Virus record (IMG/VR): IMGVR_UViG_3300028797_000105 | Strand: one strand, 5' to 3' | DNA length: 64,000 nt | Source of the DNA: an uncultured virus (IMG/VR IMGVR_UViG_3300028797_000105) | Lineage: Duplodnaviria > Heunggongvirae > Uroviricota > Caudoviricetes | Shown: in pieces, positions 21,221 through 31,806 of the stretch | Layout of the letters: each line of letters begins with the position of its first letter | Numbering within the stretch: position 1 is the first letter of the stretch | Notes under the pieces: model-generated | What the model was told of the DNA's origin: nothing | Database searches by the model: none | The model's input: the letters and a program-made list of their open reading frames with translations, nothing else | Translations under genes and position numbers: made by a program

Positions 21221-23155
21221 ATGGTAAACGGAAACAAGACAACGGCTAACAATGACCAACTGCTTATAAGTGTGAAAACTCCATATAGCGGTGTTTCCAA
21301 GGTCAATTCTTACTCGGCTACTGTGATAGGCGAGACTGAATCGCTGTATTATCGAAAAGAGTTCAGATGGTCAACTGACGGCATTTTGTATAATGACTGG
21401 CGTGAACTTACAAACGACAATCTTCGTGTTTTGCTTCCAGACCCGACAAAGCCGTTTTATCCGCAATACAAGTTTACGCAAGTTGGGGATGGTGAACTTG
21501 AATTTGAAAGCATTGCACTTGAAGTCGTTTCCAAGAATGGCATAATAAACAATGTTCCTTTGTGTGGTATAAGTGACAATGGTGCTTGCTGCGGTCAGCA
21601 AAATCTTGTGTTTGACTGTTGTGGCAATACATTCAATCCTTATGCTCTTGGAAACTCTGCGTTCATATATTCGCAACTTTCGCAGGTTGTTTCCAATATG
21701 TTCGGTTTTTGCGTGCAGTATTACAAAACGAGTGCCGACCAGCGTTCAAAGGACGTTGTGTTGCACGAGTATTCGTTGCTTAATGTGATAGCCGAAGGCA
21801 ATGTCAAGATTGTCATACCAGATAACCAGTTACCGACACGTGAGATTAACTTTAATCCTCTTATGATGGATTACCCCACCATATTTGAGGTGCATATTGT
21901 AAAGAATGGGTTTCGCCAAGTGTTCGGGCAAGATTCCAAACCAGAAGTCGGTGATTATCTTTACTTTGAGCAGTATATGAATAAGATGTATGAGATAAAC
22001 GCTGTTTCTGAAACAGACGATTATCTTTACAGCGGTGCATATTGGCGTGTCAGTCTTGTTCAATATCAGAAGAAAGCGTCCGTCAAGTTTGAGGATAAAC
22101 AGATTGAGGAAGAAATTGACACACTCATATTCAATATGGACAAATTCAATATTGAAGTTGAAAATGAGGAAAAGGATGCTCGTAAGCCAGACCAATATAA
22201 AACAATCGGAACTAACGAAAACGATTACGTGAGACGCATACTTGACAAAAAATTGTTTATCGGTACTGAACCGATTTACAACAACTGGACTATGATTTCA
22301 AAATCGTATTATGCTTTGAAATCCATAGAGCGTGGAAATATTGCAATACAATATAGGTATGACAAAGGGTGGTCTGATGAGGAACGTATGCTTACATTCT
22401 GGATTAGACCGAAATACACAAATGCCTATGGTATGCCTAAAGATAGTTCTACCGATGGCAGATATGCCATAGAGGTTAAGGACATAGCCGAATATAATGG
22501 CTATATGTGTTTGAGAGTTGATAACACATCATTGTTTGTCAAGAACACATATTTGAATCTGACTGGTACGGATTATCCGAAGTTTGTCAAGATAGTTGAT
22601 ATAATTGATGATAATCTTGTAACAAACCAGCCGTATATTAATGATTGTATGAAGAATGCAAGGGTTGTCAAGGTTACGAGTAATAATTTTTTATATTCTG
22701 AAGGCGGCTTTGAAATTATACAGACACCCAACAGCCTTATTGTTTCAATCGGCGGTAACGAAAACATATTCAGTTTTGGAAATGAATTGACTATGAACGC
22801 TGATGAATGGTATGGTATTGTTCTTGCCATAAAGCCAGCCGATAAGAAAATGGCTCTTTGGATTTATCCACTCGGAAAGGGTGACCGCAATATGCGTAAT
22901 ATGGATACCGAAATTGAGTTAAAGTATTATAAGATGATAGGTTGCAGAACTGATATGAGTGTTGATGATGGCTATTGGGGACTTAAAGGTTGTGACCTTG
23001 ACATAACTAACATAAGGATATGGAACGAGATTTGTGAGGAAAGTCTGCACAATATGATATTGTCGCAATATGTCGTGAAAGATTCTCATTTGTGCGAGCT
23101 TGTTGATAATGCACAGCCAGAACTTTTGCTCGGTACTGTTACCAATCCGAGATAG
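21221..23155 (+). CDS. Virion neck protein (gp14-like core) with a C-terminal beta domain
   Basis: MFG..VQYY..DVVLHEY..KPEVGDYLYF..KMYEI pattern. Confidence 0.5.
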   Translation: MVNGNKTTANNDQLLISVKTPYSGVSKVNSYSATVIGETESLYYRKEFRWSTDGILYNDWRELTNDNLRVLLPDPTKPFYPQYKFTQVGDGELEFESIALEVVSKNGIINNVPLCGISDNGACCGQQNLVFDCCGNTFNPYALGNSAFIYSQLSQVVSNMFGFCVQYYKTSADQRSKDVVLHEYSLLNVIAEGNVKIVIPDNQLPTREINFNPLMMDYPTIFEVHIVKNGFRQVFGQDSKPEVGDYLYFEQYMNKMYEINAVSETDDYLYSGAYWRVSLVQYQKKASVKFEDKQIEEEIDTLIFNMDKFNIEVENEEKDARKPDQYKTIGTNENDYVRRILDKKLFIGTEPIYNNWTMISKSYYALKSIERGNIAIQYRYDKGWSDEERMLTFWIRPKYTNAYGMPKDSSTDGRYAIEVKDIAEYNGYMCLRVDNTSLFVKNTYLNLTGTDYPKFVKIVDIIDDNLVTNQPYINDCMKNARVVKVTSNNFLYSEGGFEIIQTPNSLIVSIGGNENIFSFGNELTMNADEWYGIVLAIKPADKKMALWIYPLGKGDRNMRNMDTEIELKYYKMIGCRTDMSVDDGYWGLKGCDLDITNIRIWNEICEESLHNMILSQYVVKDSHLCELVDNAQPELLLGTVTNPR

Positions 23156-23196
23156 TTTGTTTATAATATAAATAATACAAGAACATATATTTTATT

Positions 23197-23826
23197 ATGA
23201 AAATTTTAAACTACAACGAATATGTTTCACAAAATGAAACACTCAACGAAGGTTTTTTGAATAACTTAAAAACCGCAATCAAACGAGTTGTTAAAGACCC
23301 TAAACAATATATAGATGATAATTTTAAAAGAATACACGGCAAACTTGAAAAGGATTTTGCATTTGAGGTGGGAAGATTTTATAAAGAAAATAAAGAGGAA
23401 ATTGTAAAAGAACTTGAAAATTTGTGTAATGATAAGGATTTGAAAACAATCTATAATTATATGAAGAGTAATTCGGATAAATTCGTAAACGATAAAGATT
23501 GTGAAAGACCGTATGATTCAAAATACTATATGTCTTATATTGATGAAATATGTCATAGTTTTAGAACTGAAGAGGCGAGAAAAAAATTGAAGAAAAACAT
23601 AAGAGATAATATGTTTAAGGATGCGTCTGATGTCAAATGCTTTGCCGTCCTTGAAATTATGTATGCGTTTTATCACGGATACTTTAAGAAAAAAGAAAAG
23701 GAAAAAATAGACAATTATGTAAGCGGTTTACACAATAAAAAATCATCAAGTTCGTATTATTCATCAAGTTCGGATGATGACACTACATTTTTTGCAGGGG
23801 TCGCTGCTGGTCTTGCGGCAATGTGA
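23197..23826 (+). CDS. Hypothetical protein with CTS-like leader
   Basis: MKILNYNEYVSQNETLNE; late promoter upstream. Confidence 0.7.
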   Translation: MKILNYNEYVSQNETLNEGFLNNLKTAIKRVVKDPKQYIDDNFKRIHGKLEKDFAFEVGRFYKENKEEIVKELENLCNDKDLKTIYNYMKSNSDKFVNDKDCERPYDSKYYMSYIDEICHSFRTEEARKKLKKNIRDNMFKDASDVKCFAVLEIMYAFYHGYFKKKEKEKIDNYVSGLHNKKSSSSYYSSSSDDDTTFFAGVAAGLAAM

Positions 23827-23862
23827 TTGTCTATAAACAATTCTATGAAATTTTATATGAAC

Positions 23863-23890
23863 AAAGGCGGAATTGATTTCTGCCTTTTTT
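23863..23890 (+). terminator. Intrinsic terminator
   Basis: AAAGGCGGAA..TTCTGCC followed by T6. Confidence 0.7.
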
Positions 23891-23948
23891 GCTAATACTT
23901 AAATGTGATAAAAATACAATTCTATTTTTGTTTTATCATTTTTTCGAT

Positions 23949-23961
23949 TTTTTTATTATAT
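23949..23961 (+). promoter_or_regulatory. Recurrent TTTTTATTATAT motif (candidate middle promoter)
   Basis: Also at about 38703, 42872, 47182-47203 (palindromic) and 50732, roughly 28-46 nt before starts. Confidence 0.5.
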
Positions 23962-23987
23962 TAGATTGTAACAAAAAATTTGAAATT

Positions 23988-24713
23988 ATGATTATGCTAC
24001 CAAGTCAGTTGTTTGCAGTTCCAGTTCCAGAGAAAACGAGAACTTATGCCCCGATTTCACACGAGGAAATCCATAATACAATTATTGAGAATATTGAATC
24101 CAACGGGTTTGATTTGCAGAGCACAACCATCAAATCAAAGAACGGTGCTGATGCCGTTGTTATGTATGAGATTCTTGACAAACTTGCCGATTCGCATAAT
24201 CCAGATATCGGAATACGTGTAGGATTCAAGAACTCGTATAATCGTAAGGTTAGTTTCGGCTTTGCGATTGGCAGCGTTGTGTTCATCTGCACGAATGGTA
24301 TGGTAAGTGGGGAGTATATGATTAAGAAACAGCATAGGATGGCTGATTTGAACATATATGTCCGTGAACTTATCGGCCAGTATTTCACATCGGTAAGATG
24401 TGAGCACCAGAGGAACATAACATTTATGGAGGAACTTAAAAAACAGCGTGTGGACAAAACCATTGCATCCCGTGTGATTGGTGAGTTGTTCACAAGCAAT
24501 AGGATTGTCAATCAGAGTCAGTTGCGAAAAATGACTGACGAAATATACCACTCAAAGATATTCGCCAATCTTACGGACGAGAAAACGATTAGCGGATGGG
24601 ATTTGTATAACCACGGAACGGAAGCGTTAAAATCAACGGCAAATGTCAGTTACTTTGCAAAACACACAATCTATAACGACTATTTCAGAGGATTTTTTGG
24701 AATCGGAGATTAA
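23988..24713 (+). CDS. DUF932/DUF945-like phage protein
   Basis: YAPISH..NSYNR..F...VFICTNGM..WDLYN..TE motifs. Confidence 0.7.
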   Translation: MIMLPSQLFAVPVPEKTRTYAPISHEEIHNTIIENIESNGFDLQSTTIKSKNGADAVVMYEILDKLADSHNPDIGIRVGFKNSYNRKVSFGFAIGSVVFICTNGMVSGEYMIKKQHRMADLNIYVRELIGQYFTSVRCEHQRNITFMEELKKQRVDKTIASRVIGELFTSNRIVNQSQLRKMTDEIYHSKIFANLTDEKTISGWDLYNHGTEALKSTANVSYFAKHTIYNDYFRGFFGIGD

Positions 24714-24863
24714 CGACCTCATAGATAAGTTGGACAAGCCGAAAGGGGAAATAAAACTTATGAATGACGGTATGTTTGACTGCGAGTTGGAAGATGTTGA
24801 TTTTGACGGCTGCAATATAACGGTAGAACCGAAAAAGAAAGAAGAAATATCAATTACGTATAT

Positions 24864-26000
24864 ATGATGTACACATTACTTATAGACGGCCACAATTTCT
24901 TGTTCAGAACAATGTATGTGTTCCCTGCGAAAAAGGGCGAGCGTATGTTGTCAACTGAAGAATCGCAGAAGTTGTTTGTTTCCAAACTTGAACAGAATCT
25001 AAATGCAGTTCTTCGTGATTTGGAGAACATTGTGGATAGATGTATTTTTATTATGGATTCTGCTTCTTGGAGAAAGCAGATTGAGTCTGATGTTGATTAC
25101 AAAGGAACACGACACCAAGACGATACCATAGATTTTGACGGCTTTGAAAAATGCTTGAACCAGTTTGCCGAAATACTGAAAACATATAATGTTACGGTTT
25201 CCAAGACAAAGCGTGCCGAAGCCGATGACCTTATTTTCTACTGGTCAAATATTTTGACATCAAAAGGTATACCCGTTATTATGTACACTTCCGACAAAGA
25301 TATGTTGCAACTGGTTAGAAGTGTGAACGGAGTTCCTACAATCTTGTATTCTGATGTTACGAAGAAAGTTTACACGCCTAAAGCATTTCTTGAAAGCGAG
25401 GATGTATCGGAAACCATTTATGAGGCGTTTTCCAAAAAACACAAGATTGATGTGTTTGATGTGAAATCTCAATTCGGTTATCTTGCCAAAAAACGCAGTC
25501 TTGAAATGATTGAGGTTGATGCTGATGAATGTTTGTTTACGAAGGTTATTGTTGGTGATAAATCGGATAACATTTCGTCTGTGTATTCATATACAAAGAA
25601 TGACAGGACATTTAACGTAACGGAGAAAAAAGCCGAGAAAATACTTGAAATCTTTAAGGATAAAGTCGGCCAGCTTAATCCAGAATACTTATATTTGGAT
25701 GATACGATTGGTGCGCTTGCTGATTCCTGCTGTGAAGCACTTGGTGTTGAATGCAGGAATGAAATCATATCAAACATAAAACGGAACACGCAATATATTG
25801 CGTTAAATACGAATGTTATACCAGCCGATGTTGTTAAGGGTATGTATGATGATGTAAAAGTTCTTGCAAAGAATATGAAGCGTGTTCGATACAATGCGTT
25901 GAAAGCACAAGACAGCGTTGTCAAAAAAACCGAAAAACTTTTCAAAGGTGTTGATGATAGCGATATGTCATTTATTAAGGAGAATAAAAGTCTGTTCTAA
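24864..26000 (+). CDS. T4 RNase H-like 5'-3' exonuclease
   Basis: LIDG, YKGTR, EADD, SDKD and GDKSDNI motifs. Confidence 0.9.
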   Translation: MMYTLLIDGHNFLFRTMYVFPAKKGERMLSTEESQKLFVSKLEQNLNAVLRDLENIVDRCIFIMDSASWRKQIESDVDYKGTRHQDDTIDFDGFEKCLNQFAEILKTYNVTVSKTKRAEADDLIFYWSNILTSKGIPVIMYTSDKDMLQLVRSVNGVPTILYSDVTKKVYTPKAFLESEDVSETIYEAFSKKHKIDVFDVKSQFGYLAKKRSLEMIEVDADECLFTKVIVGDKSDNISSVYSYTKNDRTFNVTEKKAEKILEIFKDKVGQLNPEYLYLDDTIGALADSCCEALGVECRNEIISNIKRNTQYIALNTNVIPADVVKGMYDDVKVLAKNMKRVRYNALKAQDSVVKKTEKLFKGVDDSDMSFIKENKSLF

Positions 26001-26569
26001 TGAAAAAATATAATGAGTTTATTGCGGAAAAGAATTTCGCAAAGTATATGAACCACAAATACGCCGATGAGGTGAAGTCGGCTGTGTGGGATTATGTCGG
26101 TGGTTATACGTCAAGCGTGAATGACGAACTTCGTAAAGGAAAAAATGTTCCTATGATTACCGATTTGCTTGACAAAGCGTTTACAGAAAGACGAAAGATT
26201 GATGTGTATAGAACTGTTGATTGGGACTATATGAAAAATATATATGGCATTACAAAGGAAAATATTGAAACGAAAATCGGTGATGCTATTACAAACAAGG
26301 GGTATATGTCAACGGCAAGTGTTATGTCATCTCCTTGGGCTGATAAATGGTTGGGTGATGAGTTGCTGCTGCATATTACAAGTGATATACCTTATCCTTG
26401 TATTGATGTGAACGATATGTTTGACCCAGATGAGATTGATTGCGAGTTTCAGCGTGAGATTTTGCTTCCGAGAAACACATCATTGCGTATAATCGGAACT
26501 TCTGTCAAAACTGGTGGCAAGTTTTCTGATGAAGGGACTGTTGTTATTGAAACCAAAATTATAAAATAA
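26000..26569 (+). CDS. VIP2/Alt-type ADP-ribosyltransferase
   Basis: Y..VN..LR, VYR, GYMSTA and QREILLPR (R-S-E triad). Confidence 0.85.
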   Translation: MKKYNEFIAEKNFAKYMNHKYADEVKSAVWDYVGGYTSSVNDELRKGKNVPMITDLLDKAFTERRKIDVYRTVDWDYMKNIYGITKENIETKIGDAITNKGYMSTASVMSSPWADKWLGDELLLHITSDIPYPCIDVNDMFDPDEIDCEFQREILLPRNTSLRIIGTSVKTGGKFSDEGTVVIETKIIK

Positions 26570-26574
26570 AAAAT

Positions 26575-27825
26575 ATGAAAAGAACTTTTTCTTACATTTT
26601 TACTGGATTGTCGCTCTTTGCTGTTGTTGGGGCGGTTGTGTTTGTTGTGCTTGGCAGATATGTCGGATGCTCTGTTTTTGTTTTGCTTTCTTGTGCGTTT
26701 AATATAGGCAGCAATATTATGCTCTATCTTGAATCAAATGATATGGTGAAAGAACTTGAGTCTATTAAGGCTTCTGTTGAAAAATACAGCGAGTTTCTTT
26801 TCCCGAAAAAGAAAACGAATGATGAGCGTATCAAGGACATTTTGACAAGCATACCATATAGCGCACGTGCAGACATTAAGAAACAGAATAGGGTTAATAG
26901 CGAGATTTTGGAACACGATATTCGTGAGAACTTGCAACCTATGTATGATAATGCTTCATTGAACACATTGTATGAAAAACGAAGAAATGGAACGCTGTGC
27001 TGTCCGCTTTGTGCTTCCGATTTGTCTGAACTTGAACAAAACAATGTTATTGATTTCAATGATGTGAAGTTGTTGTGTGACTCTGAAAAATCACCAGTTT
27101 TGGGCAACTTCACTGATGATGAGATTTCCAATATGATAAATGACGGAACATTGCCGCCTTGTGCTAATAAAGAGGATTTGGAACGAATCTATAAGATTAC
27201 TGGCGAGTGTATGCCAGTGTATAAACACATTTATGTTGGCTTTAAGTCATTATGCAATATGGTTGAAAACAAAAAGGATATTGATAATGATAAAAAGGTC
27301 AATGAATTGTCCGAATATGTAAAAGGTATTATGTCAAACATACCGAGTGATGCAGCTGACGAAATTAAAATGCAGCAGAAGATAAATGCCGATATTCTTA
27401 AAAAGAACATTGAACTTCGACCGATGCTTGCAAAATTGAGTGATGCTGAACTTATCCAGTGTGTTAGGGATAACAAGTTGCGTGATATGTGCTTGTCAAA
27501 GGAAGATATTGACAGACTTGCCAGTATTGGTAAATCCGTCAGAGCGGCATATAAGGATTTGTGCAAAAGACCAGATTTTGAACAAGTGGACGCTGATGAA
27601 TATTTCAAACTTATTTGGGGGTTTAAGCGTGTGAGAATTGAGCACTTGGGTTATTTTACGGAAAAGTCTGTTATCGACAGTTATAGTGATGAGGATATAA
27701 ATGATGTCCGTAAGATGATTTTGGAAGATACTTTGCCAGATGCGATTTCAAAGGATGATTATGATTTCATTGAGCACATAATGTTGCAAGTCGGCAATGT
27801 TTACACAAACTGCAAAACTGAATAA
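26575..27825 (+). CDS. Membrane-anchored hypothetical protein with an internal duplication
   Basis: Two N-terminal hydrophobic helices; the I..I..(S/N)IP..A..(D/E)IK.Q..(V/I)N..IL segment occurs twice. Confidence 0.7.
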   Translation: MKRTFSYIFTGLSLFAVVGAVVFVVLGRYVGCSVFVLLSCAFNIGSNIMLYLESNDMVKELESIKASVEKYSEFLFPKKKTNDERIKDILTSIPYSARADIKKQNRVNSEILEHDIRENLQPMYDNASLNTLYEKRRNGTLCCPLCASDLSELEQNNVIDFNDVKLLCDSEKSPVLGNFTDDEISNMINDGTLPPCANKEDLERIYKITGECMPVYKHIYVGFKSLCNMVENKKDIDNDKKVNELSEYVKGIMSNIPSDAADEIKMQQKINADILKKNIELRPMLAKLSDAELIQCVRDNKLRDMCLSKEDIDRLASIGKSVRAAYKDLCKRPDFEQVDADEYFKLIWGFKRVRIEHLGYFTEKSVIDSYSDEDINDVRKMILEDTLPDAISKDDYDFIEHIMLQVGNVYTNCKTE

Positions 27826-27827
27826 TT

Positions 27828-28265
27828 ATGGATTTGTTTGACTTCATTAAACTTTTGTTCAACCGTTCCAAGCAGAAGGAATGGAATGACCTTGAAACGA
27901 GCGAGAAAGTAAAAAACCAATTTATGCTGAATCGTTTTATGGGCATACAATACCCTACATACGCACAACAGCTTAATATGGTTAAGACTGATGGACTTGG
28001 CGTTGCGGAGGTGTGGCGTATGGTTGCTTCGAGGTTTTATGGGAATGGTGTTCCGAAGTTCATTTATACAAAAACGGCAAAGGGTGTAAAACCAGACAAT
28101 CCGCTTGCGAAGATTTCAAAAGAAGCCATTGATTTCTGGTGTAATAAGAATGAGTGCGGGTTGCGTGAACTGCACGAGCACCTTGATTTTGACTTGGGCA
28201 AAACTATTGGCGAACTTACTTATATTGACAAAAACTATATTAAAAAAGAAAAAGATGAAAAATAA
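27828..28265 (+). CDS. Possible clamp-loader small subunit (gp62-like)
   Basis: LFDFI..FMLNRFM...AQQLN pattern. Confidence 0.45.
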   Translation: MDLFDFIKLLFNRSKQKEWNDLETSEKVKNQFMLNRFMGIQYPTYAQQLNMVKTDGLGVAEVWRMVASRFYGNGVPKFIYTKTAKGVKPDNPLAKISKEAIDFWCNKNECGLRELHEHLDFDLGKTIGELTYIDKNYIKKEKDEK

Positions 28266-28473
28266 GATTTTGATTACGATAGCTGCGGTGTTTTTTGTAG
28301 TGCCATTGCTGTCATTTGCATTTGCATATCTGTTTTATCTGGTATGGAATAACATATTGGTTGATGTTGTTACGGTGTTCAATCCCATAACATATTGGAA
28401 GTCATATTTATTGTGGCTTGCCCTTATGCTTCCGTATGGCTTGACAACTTCAATGAGAAAGAGCGATGAGTAG
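28255..28473 (+). CDS. Small membrane protein
   Basis: Two hydrophobic segments; overlaps both neighbours. Confidence 0.6.
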   Translation: MKNKILITIAAVFFVVPLLSFAFAYLFYLVWNNILVDVVTVFNPITYWKSYLLWLALMLPYGLTTSMRKSDE

Positions 28474-29164
28474 TCAGATTACGCCAGATGACGTTGCCAA
28501 GATGATGGTCAGCGTTTCGGAAATGGAGTTTGACCTATATCCTAAATCATATAAGACTGATGCCGATATAGTCAATATGCTTCGTTTGAGTGCTGGTTCA
28601 CGACTTATGTATAGAAGTGAGGTTTTTGCATTCATTGACTTGCACTATGGGAACATAACAAAATGGTTTGCCCAATTCAGAAGGCGTTTCGGTGAATCGG
28701 TTTCTATTGAGGAACATTATGACGAACTTGTTGAAAACTTTTCATCTCCAGAAATTATTTCGTATTATAACATATATCCGAATTTGAGCTACTTGTCTTT
28801 TAATGTGTCAAACGAGAAAGACACACGTGCGTGCCGTAATATGAACAAGACCGTTATGTCTATACCAGATGCAAGGATTAAGTCAATGTTTGTTAATTTG
28901 CGTGGACTTTACGGGCAGGATGTTGTGGATAGACTTAACAAGTTTATGATAAAGAAAGGGTATATGACGGATAACGCTATGTTCAAGAAGCCGACCGTAG
29001 CATCATTCGGTGTTTCAGATGTATTTGACATTCTTTCCGACTTTGTGTCCGAGGTAAAAGACGAGAATTTGGCCAATATGCTTTATTCCGAAATATCATT
29101 TCTTGATATTGAGGAATTGTCGAATGTGCGGGTTACACTATTGACGGATTATCCAAAATTTTGA
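28466..29164 (+). CDS. Hypothetical protein
   Basis: 232-aa ORF within the operon. Confidence 0.65.
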   Translation: MSSQITPDDVAKMMVSVSEMEFDLYPKSYKTDADIVNMLRLSAGSRLMYRSEVFAFIDLHYGNITKWFAQFRRRFGESVSIEEHYDELVENFSSPEIISYYNIYPNLSYLSFNVSNEKDTRACRNMNKTVMSIPDARIKSMFVNLRGLYGQDVVDRLNKFMIKKGYMTDNAMFKKPTVASFGVSDVFDILSDFVSEVKDENLANMLYSEISFLDIEELSNVRVTLLTDYPKF

Positions 29165-29209
29165 TTTTTCAAACAAAGCCGCATATAAATATAATAACAT
29201 TATAATGAT

Positions 29210-29722
29210 ATGCGGCTTCTTTATTTTGAAGAGTTTGTAAATGAAAAACTGGATATAAAGCCAGTAACAAAAACACGGCTTGCTGATATTAGAAATTCAC
29301 GTCCAAAAAAAGGTAGTGATGATAGGGATGTTCTTCTTAATAAGATAAGCAAAGCCAATTATTATTGGGCTATGGGGAAGTTTGTGCCAGAGAAACGCAT
29401 TTTTTCAAATATTGAAACTATGGGTATAATGGGTTTGAGTGAAAAGACTTTTCTTGATGCCATTGAAGCCACAAGAAAAAGATTTAAGTCTTGGGAGAAT
29501 CTTCCGAATTATGAGCAGATAAAAAAGCATAAACAGCGTGCGGCAAAGAAGATGACAACAGAAAAGGTTTTTGCTACGTTGTTTGCCGCTATACGTATGT
29601 ATGGTGCTTATATTCCGCACGATGCTGGTATGAAAGAAGTGATGAACCATTACATTGACCGTGCGGAGAATGATTGGGGATTGACGGATTATGACATAAT
29701 GAATATATATAATTTATCGTAA
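29210..29722 (+). CDS. Hypothetical protein with EKLDIKPVTKTRL leader tag
   Basis: Shared leader; late promoter upstream. Confidence 0.75.
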   Translation: MRLLYFEEFVNEKLDIKPVTKTRLADIRNSRPKKGSDDRDVLLNKISKANYYWAMGKFVPEKRIFSNIETMGIMGLSEKTFLDAIEATRKRFKSWENLPNYEQIKKHKQRAAKKMTTEKVFATLFAAIRMYGAYIPHDAGMKEVMNHYIDRAENDWGLTDYDIMNIYNLS

Positions 29723-29741
29723 TAACTTAAAACTGAATAAA

Positions 29742-30050
29742 ATGGTATTAGAAGTAAACGAAAACAATTTTAGTGAAATAACGTCAGATGGCGTTGTTGT
29801 TTTGGATTTTTTTGCCACTTGGTGCGGGCCTTGCCGTTTGCTTGGTTCAACACTTGACAAGATTGCAGCAGAGCGTTCTGATGTGAAATTTGGAAAATGC
29901 AACATTGAGGACAATCCGTCACTTGCCGAGCAGTTTGGTGTTCGCAATATTCCGTTTGTTGTATATTTCAAGGATGGTGAGGCTGTTGATGGTATTGCTG
30001 GGCTTCAGACGGAAAAGCAGTTGCTTGAAAAAATTGAGAGTTTGGTATGA
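29742..30050 (+). CDS. trxA: Thioredoxin
   Basis: DFFATWCGPC motif, 102 aa. Confidence 0.95.
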   Translation: MVLEVNENNFSEITSDGVVVLDFFATWCGPCRLLGSTLDKIAAERSDVKFGKCNIEDNPSLAEQFGVRNIPFVVYFKDGEAVDGIAGLQTEKQLLEKIESLV

Positions 30051-30520
30051 ACATATTGAATTTTGATAATTTCATAAACGAAAAACTTAACATAAAGCCA
30101 GTTACAAAACAGCGTCTTGCGGAAATAAAGGATGCTGATGTTGATGCTGCGGTTGAACAGATTGAAAATGCAATAGAAAGATATTGCACATTCAATGGTA
30201 TGAATGGCGGTGTGCCGAATCGTGCTGGTGAACTTCTTATGAAATATGGTTCTAAATGCGAATTTGCCATAAGAGACCACGGCTATACGGTTGACCCGTC
30301 AGACAATGGCGTTGTTATAAGTTGGATAACGGATGAATTTTTGGAAAAGAATGCTGTTGAGTCGTTAAAAGATATGTTTGCTGAACTCGTGCAAAAGGCT
30401 GGTATAAATAGGAATGTGCCCGTAACGATTCTAACAAGCAATCGTTTTGCTTATGATGAAGATGGCTGCGAGCCAGAACACGTGTTTGGATATAACTATA
30501 TAACAAGAAAATTTGAATAA
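30047..30520 (+). CDS. Hypothetical protein with EKLNIKPVTKQRL leader tag
   Basis: Shared leader. Confidence 0.75.
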   Translation: MNILNFDNFINEKLNIKPVTKQRLAEIKDADVDAAVEQIENAIERYCTFNGMNGGVPNRAGELLMKYGSKCEFAIRDHGYTVDPSDNGVVISWITDEFLEKNAVESLKDMFAELVQKAGINRNVPVTILTSNRFAYDEDGCEPEHVFGYNYITRKFE

Positions 30521-30533
30521 CATATAATATATT

Positions 30534-31421
30534 ATGAGAATAATGGACTACAACGAGTTCTCTGCAATTAACGAGAAACTCATAACTTTTAACAATAAGG
30601 TATATCCGAAGAATGACCAGATTGTTATTATGTGCGGCGGTGGCGGAAGCGGAAAAGGTTTCGTCATTAGCAATGTGCTTGGCATCAACGCTAAAATTTT
30701 GAATGTGGATGACATTAAGGAAACCCTTATCAAAATGAAACGTGATAATCCTATGAGCAAGCAATACTATGAGGAATTTGGTATTTATTTGGATGAGGTT
30801 GATATGACAAATCCAAAGCACGTTTCCGACCTTCACGAATTTGCTTCCCAGAATGGTCTTGCCAAGAAACAGAACAACCTTTTGTTCAAGCAGCAGGCTA
30901 CTAAAAAGGTGAAAGATAACATTTTGTTTGACGTTACTTTGAAGAGTTATCCTAAACTTGAAGATATTGCCGTGCTTGCTGGTATGGGTGGCTATGACAT
31001 AAACAACATTCACTTGGTTTGGGTTTTGAACAGTTTTGAAACTGCAAAAAAACAAAATCAGATGAGAAGCCGCAAGGTTGCTGATAAAGTTTTGCAGAAA
31101 ACACACCAAGGCTGTGCTGAACAAATGCTTAACATTTTGAAGTATGGTAAGGGACACGATATTGTTGGTGGTGATGTGTGGATTTATTTCGGAAGTACGT
31201 TTACTGGTGATGCCAAGCAGATGGTTTCCCCGAATGGCGGCAAATATTTGTCTGATTTCTGCTGCATTAAGTGCAAATCGGCAGGTAAAGACTATAGGGA
31301 TTATGAGGAATTGATGAATGAGAAAGTAAGAGTGTTTGACACTGACGGAAACGAAACTGGTAAAGTTACCTTGCGTGAAAAAATCAATTCTTATATTCCA
31401 TTGGAAAACGAAAAATTCTAA
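30534..31421 (+). CDS. P-loop kinase (zeta-toxin/AAA_33-like)
   Basis: GGGGSGKG Walker A, LNVDD, ILFDVT and R.R.V motifs; CTS-like leader. Confidence 0.7.
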   Translation: MRIMDYNEFSAINEKLITFNNKVYPKNDQIVIMCGGGGSGKGFVISNVLGINAKILNVDDIKETLIKMKRDNPMSKQYYEEFGIYLDEVDMTNPKHVSDLHEFASQNGLAKKQNNLLFKQQATKKVKDNILFDVTLKSYPKLEDIAVLAGMGGYDINNIHLVWVLNSFETAKKQNQMRSRKVADKVLQKTHQGCAEQMLNILKYGKGHDIVGGDVWIYFGSTFTGDAKQMVSPNGGKYLSDFCCIKCKSAGKDYRDYEELMNEKVRVFDTDGNETGKVTLREKINSYIPLENEKF

Positions 31422-31446
31422 CCAAAAAAAGGAAGTGGCGACTCCC

Positions 31447-31468
31447 CCGCCGAGTGTATGCTCGGCGG
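31447..31468. other. GC-rich intergenic hairpin
   Basis: CCGCCGAG-TGTATG-CTCGGCGG, followed by only a short T run. Confidence 0.6.
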
Positions 31469-31485
31469 TTTAAGCCTAATTTTAT

Positions 31486-31806
31486 ATGAAGAAGATTTTT
31501 GATTTTATAAACAGATACGGCAACATAATTGTTATTTGCCTTTTGCTTGTGGTTGCGGTAAGAACTTGTTCAAATGGAAAGAAAATCAAGCGTATGGATA
31601 AAAGACAGACCGAGCAGGTTACAAACATTAATGTTAGGATTGACAGCATTAAGAAATATCAGATTACTGATGTTGATTTGCAGATTGAGGGCTTGAAAAG
31701 CGAAAAGCGTATGATACAGTCTTGTGACCGCAAACGCTTTGATTTGGAAAGGGAAAACCAGATTGATGCTGAATTGAAACAACTTGAAAAACAAAGTAAG
31801 AAATAA
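31486..31806 (+). CDS. Small protein with N-terminal TM helix and coiled coil
   Basis: IIVICLLLVVAV followed by a charged helix. Confidence 0.65.
   Translation: MKKIFDFINRYGNIIVICLLLVVAVRTCSNGKKIKRMDKRQTEQVTNINVRIDSIKKYQITDVDLQIEGLKSEKRMIQSCDRKRFDLERENQIDAELKQLEKQSKK

Noticed and set aside
24643..24867. 74-aa ORF between the DUF932-like and RNase H genes
   Set aside because: Plausible, but it overlaps the upstream gene by about 70 nt and has no recognisable motif or clear start, so it was not called.
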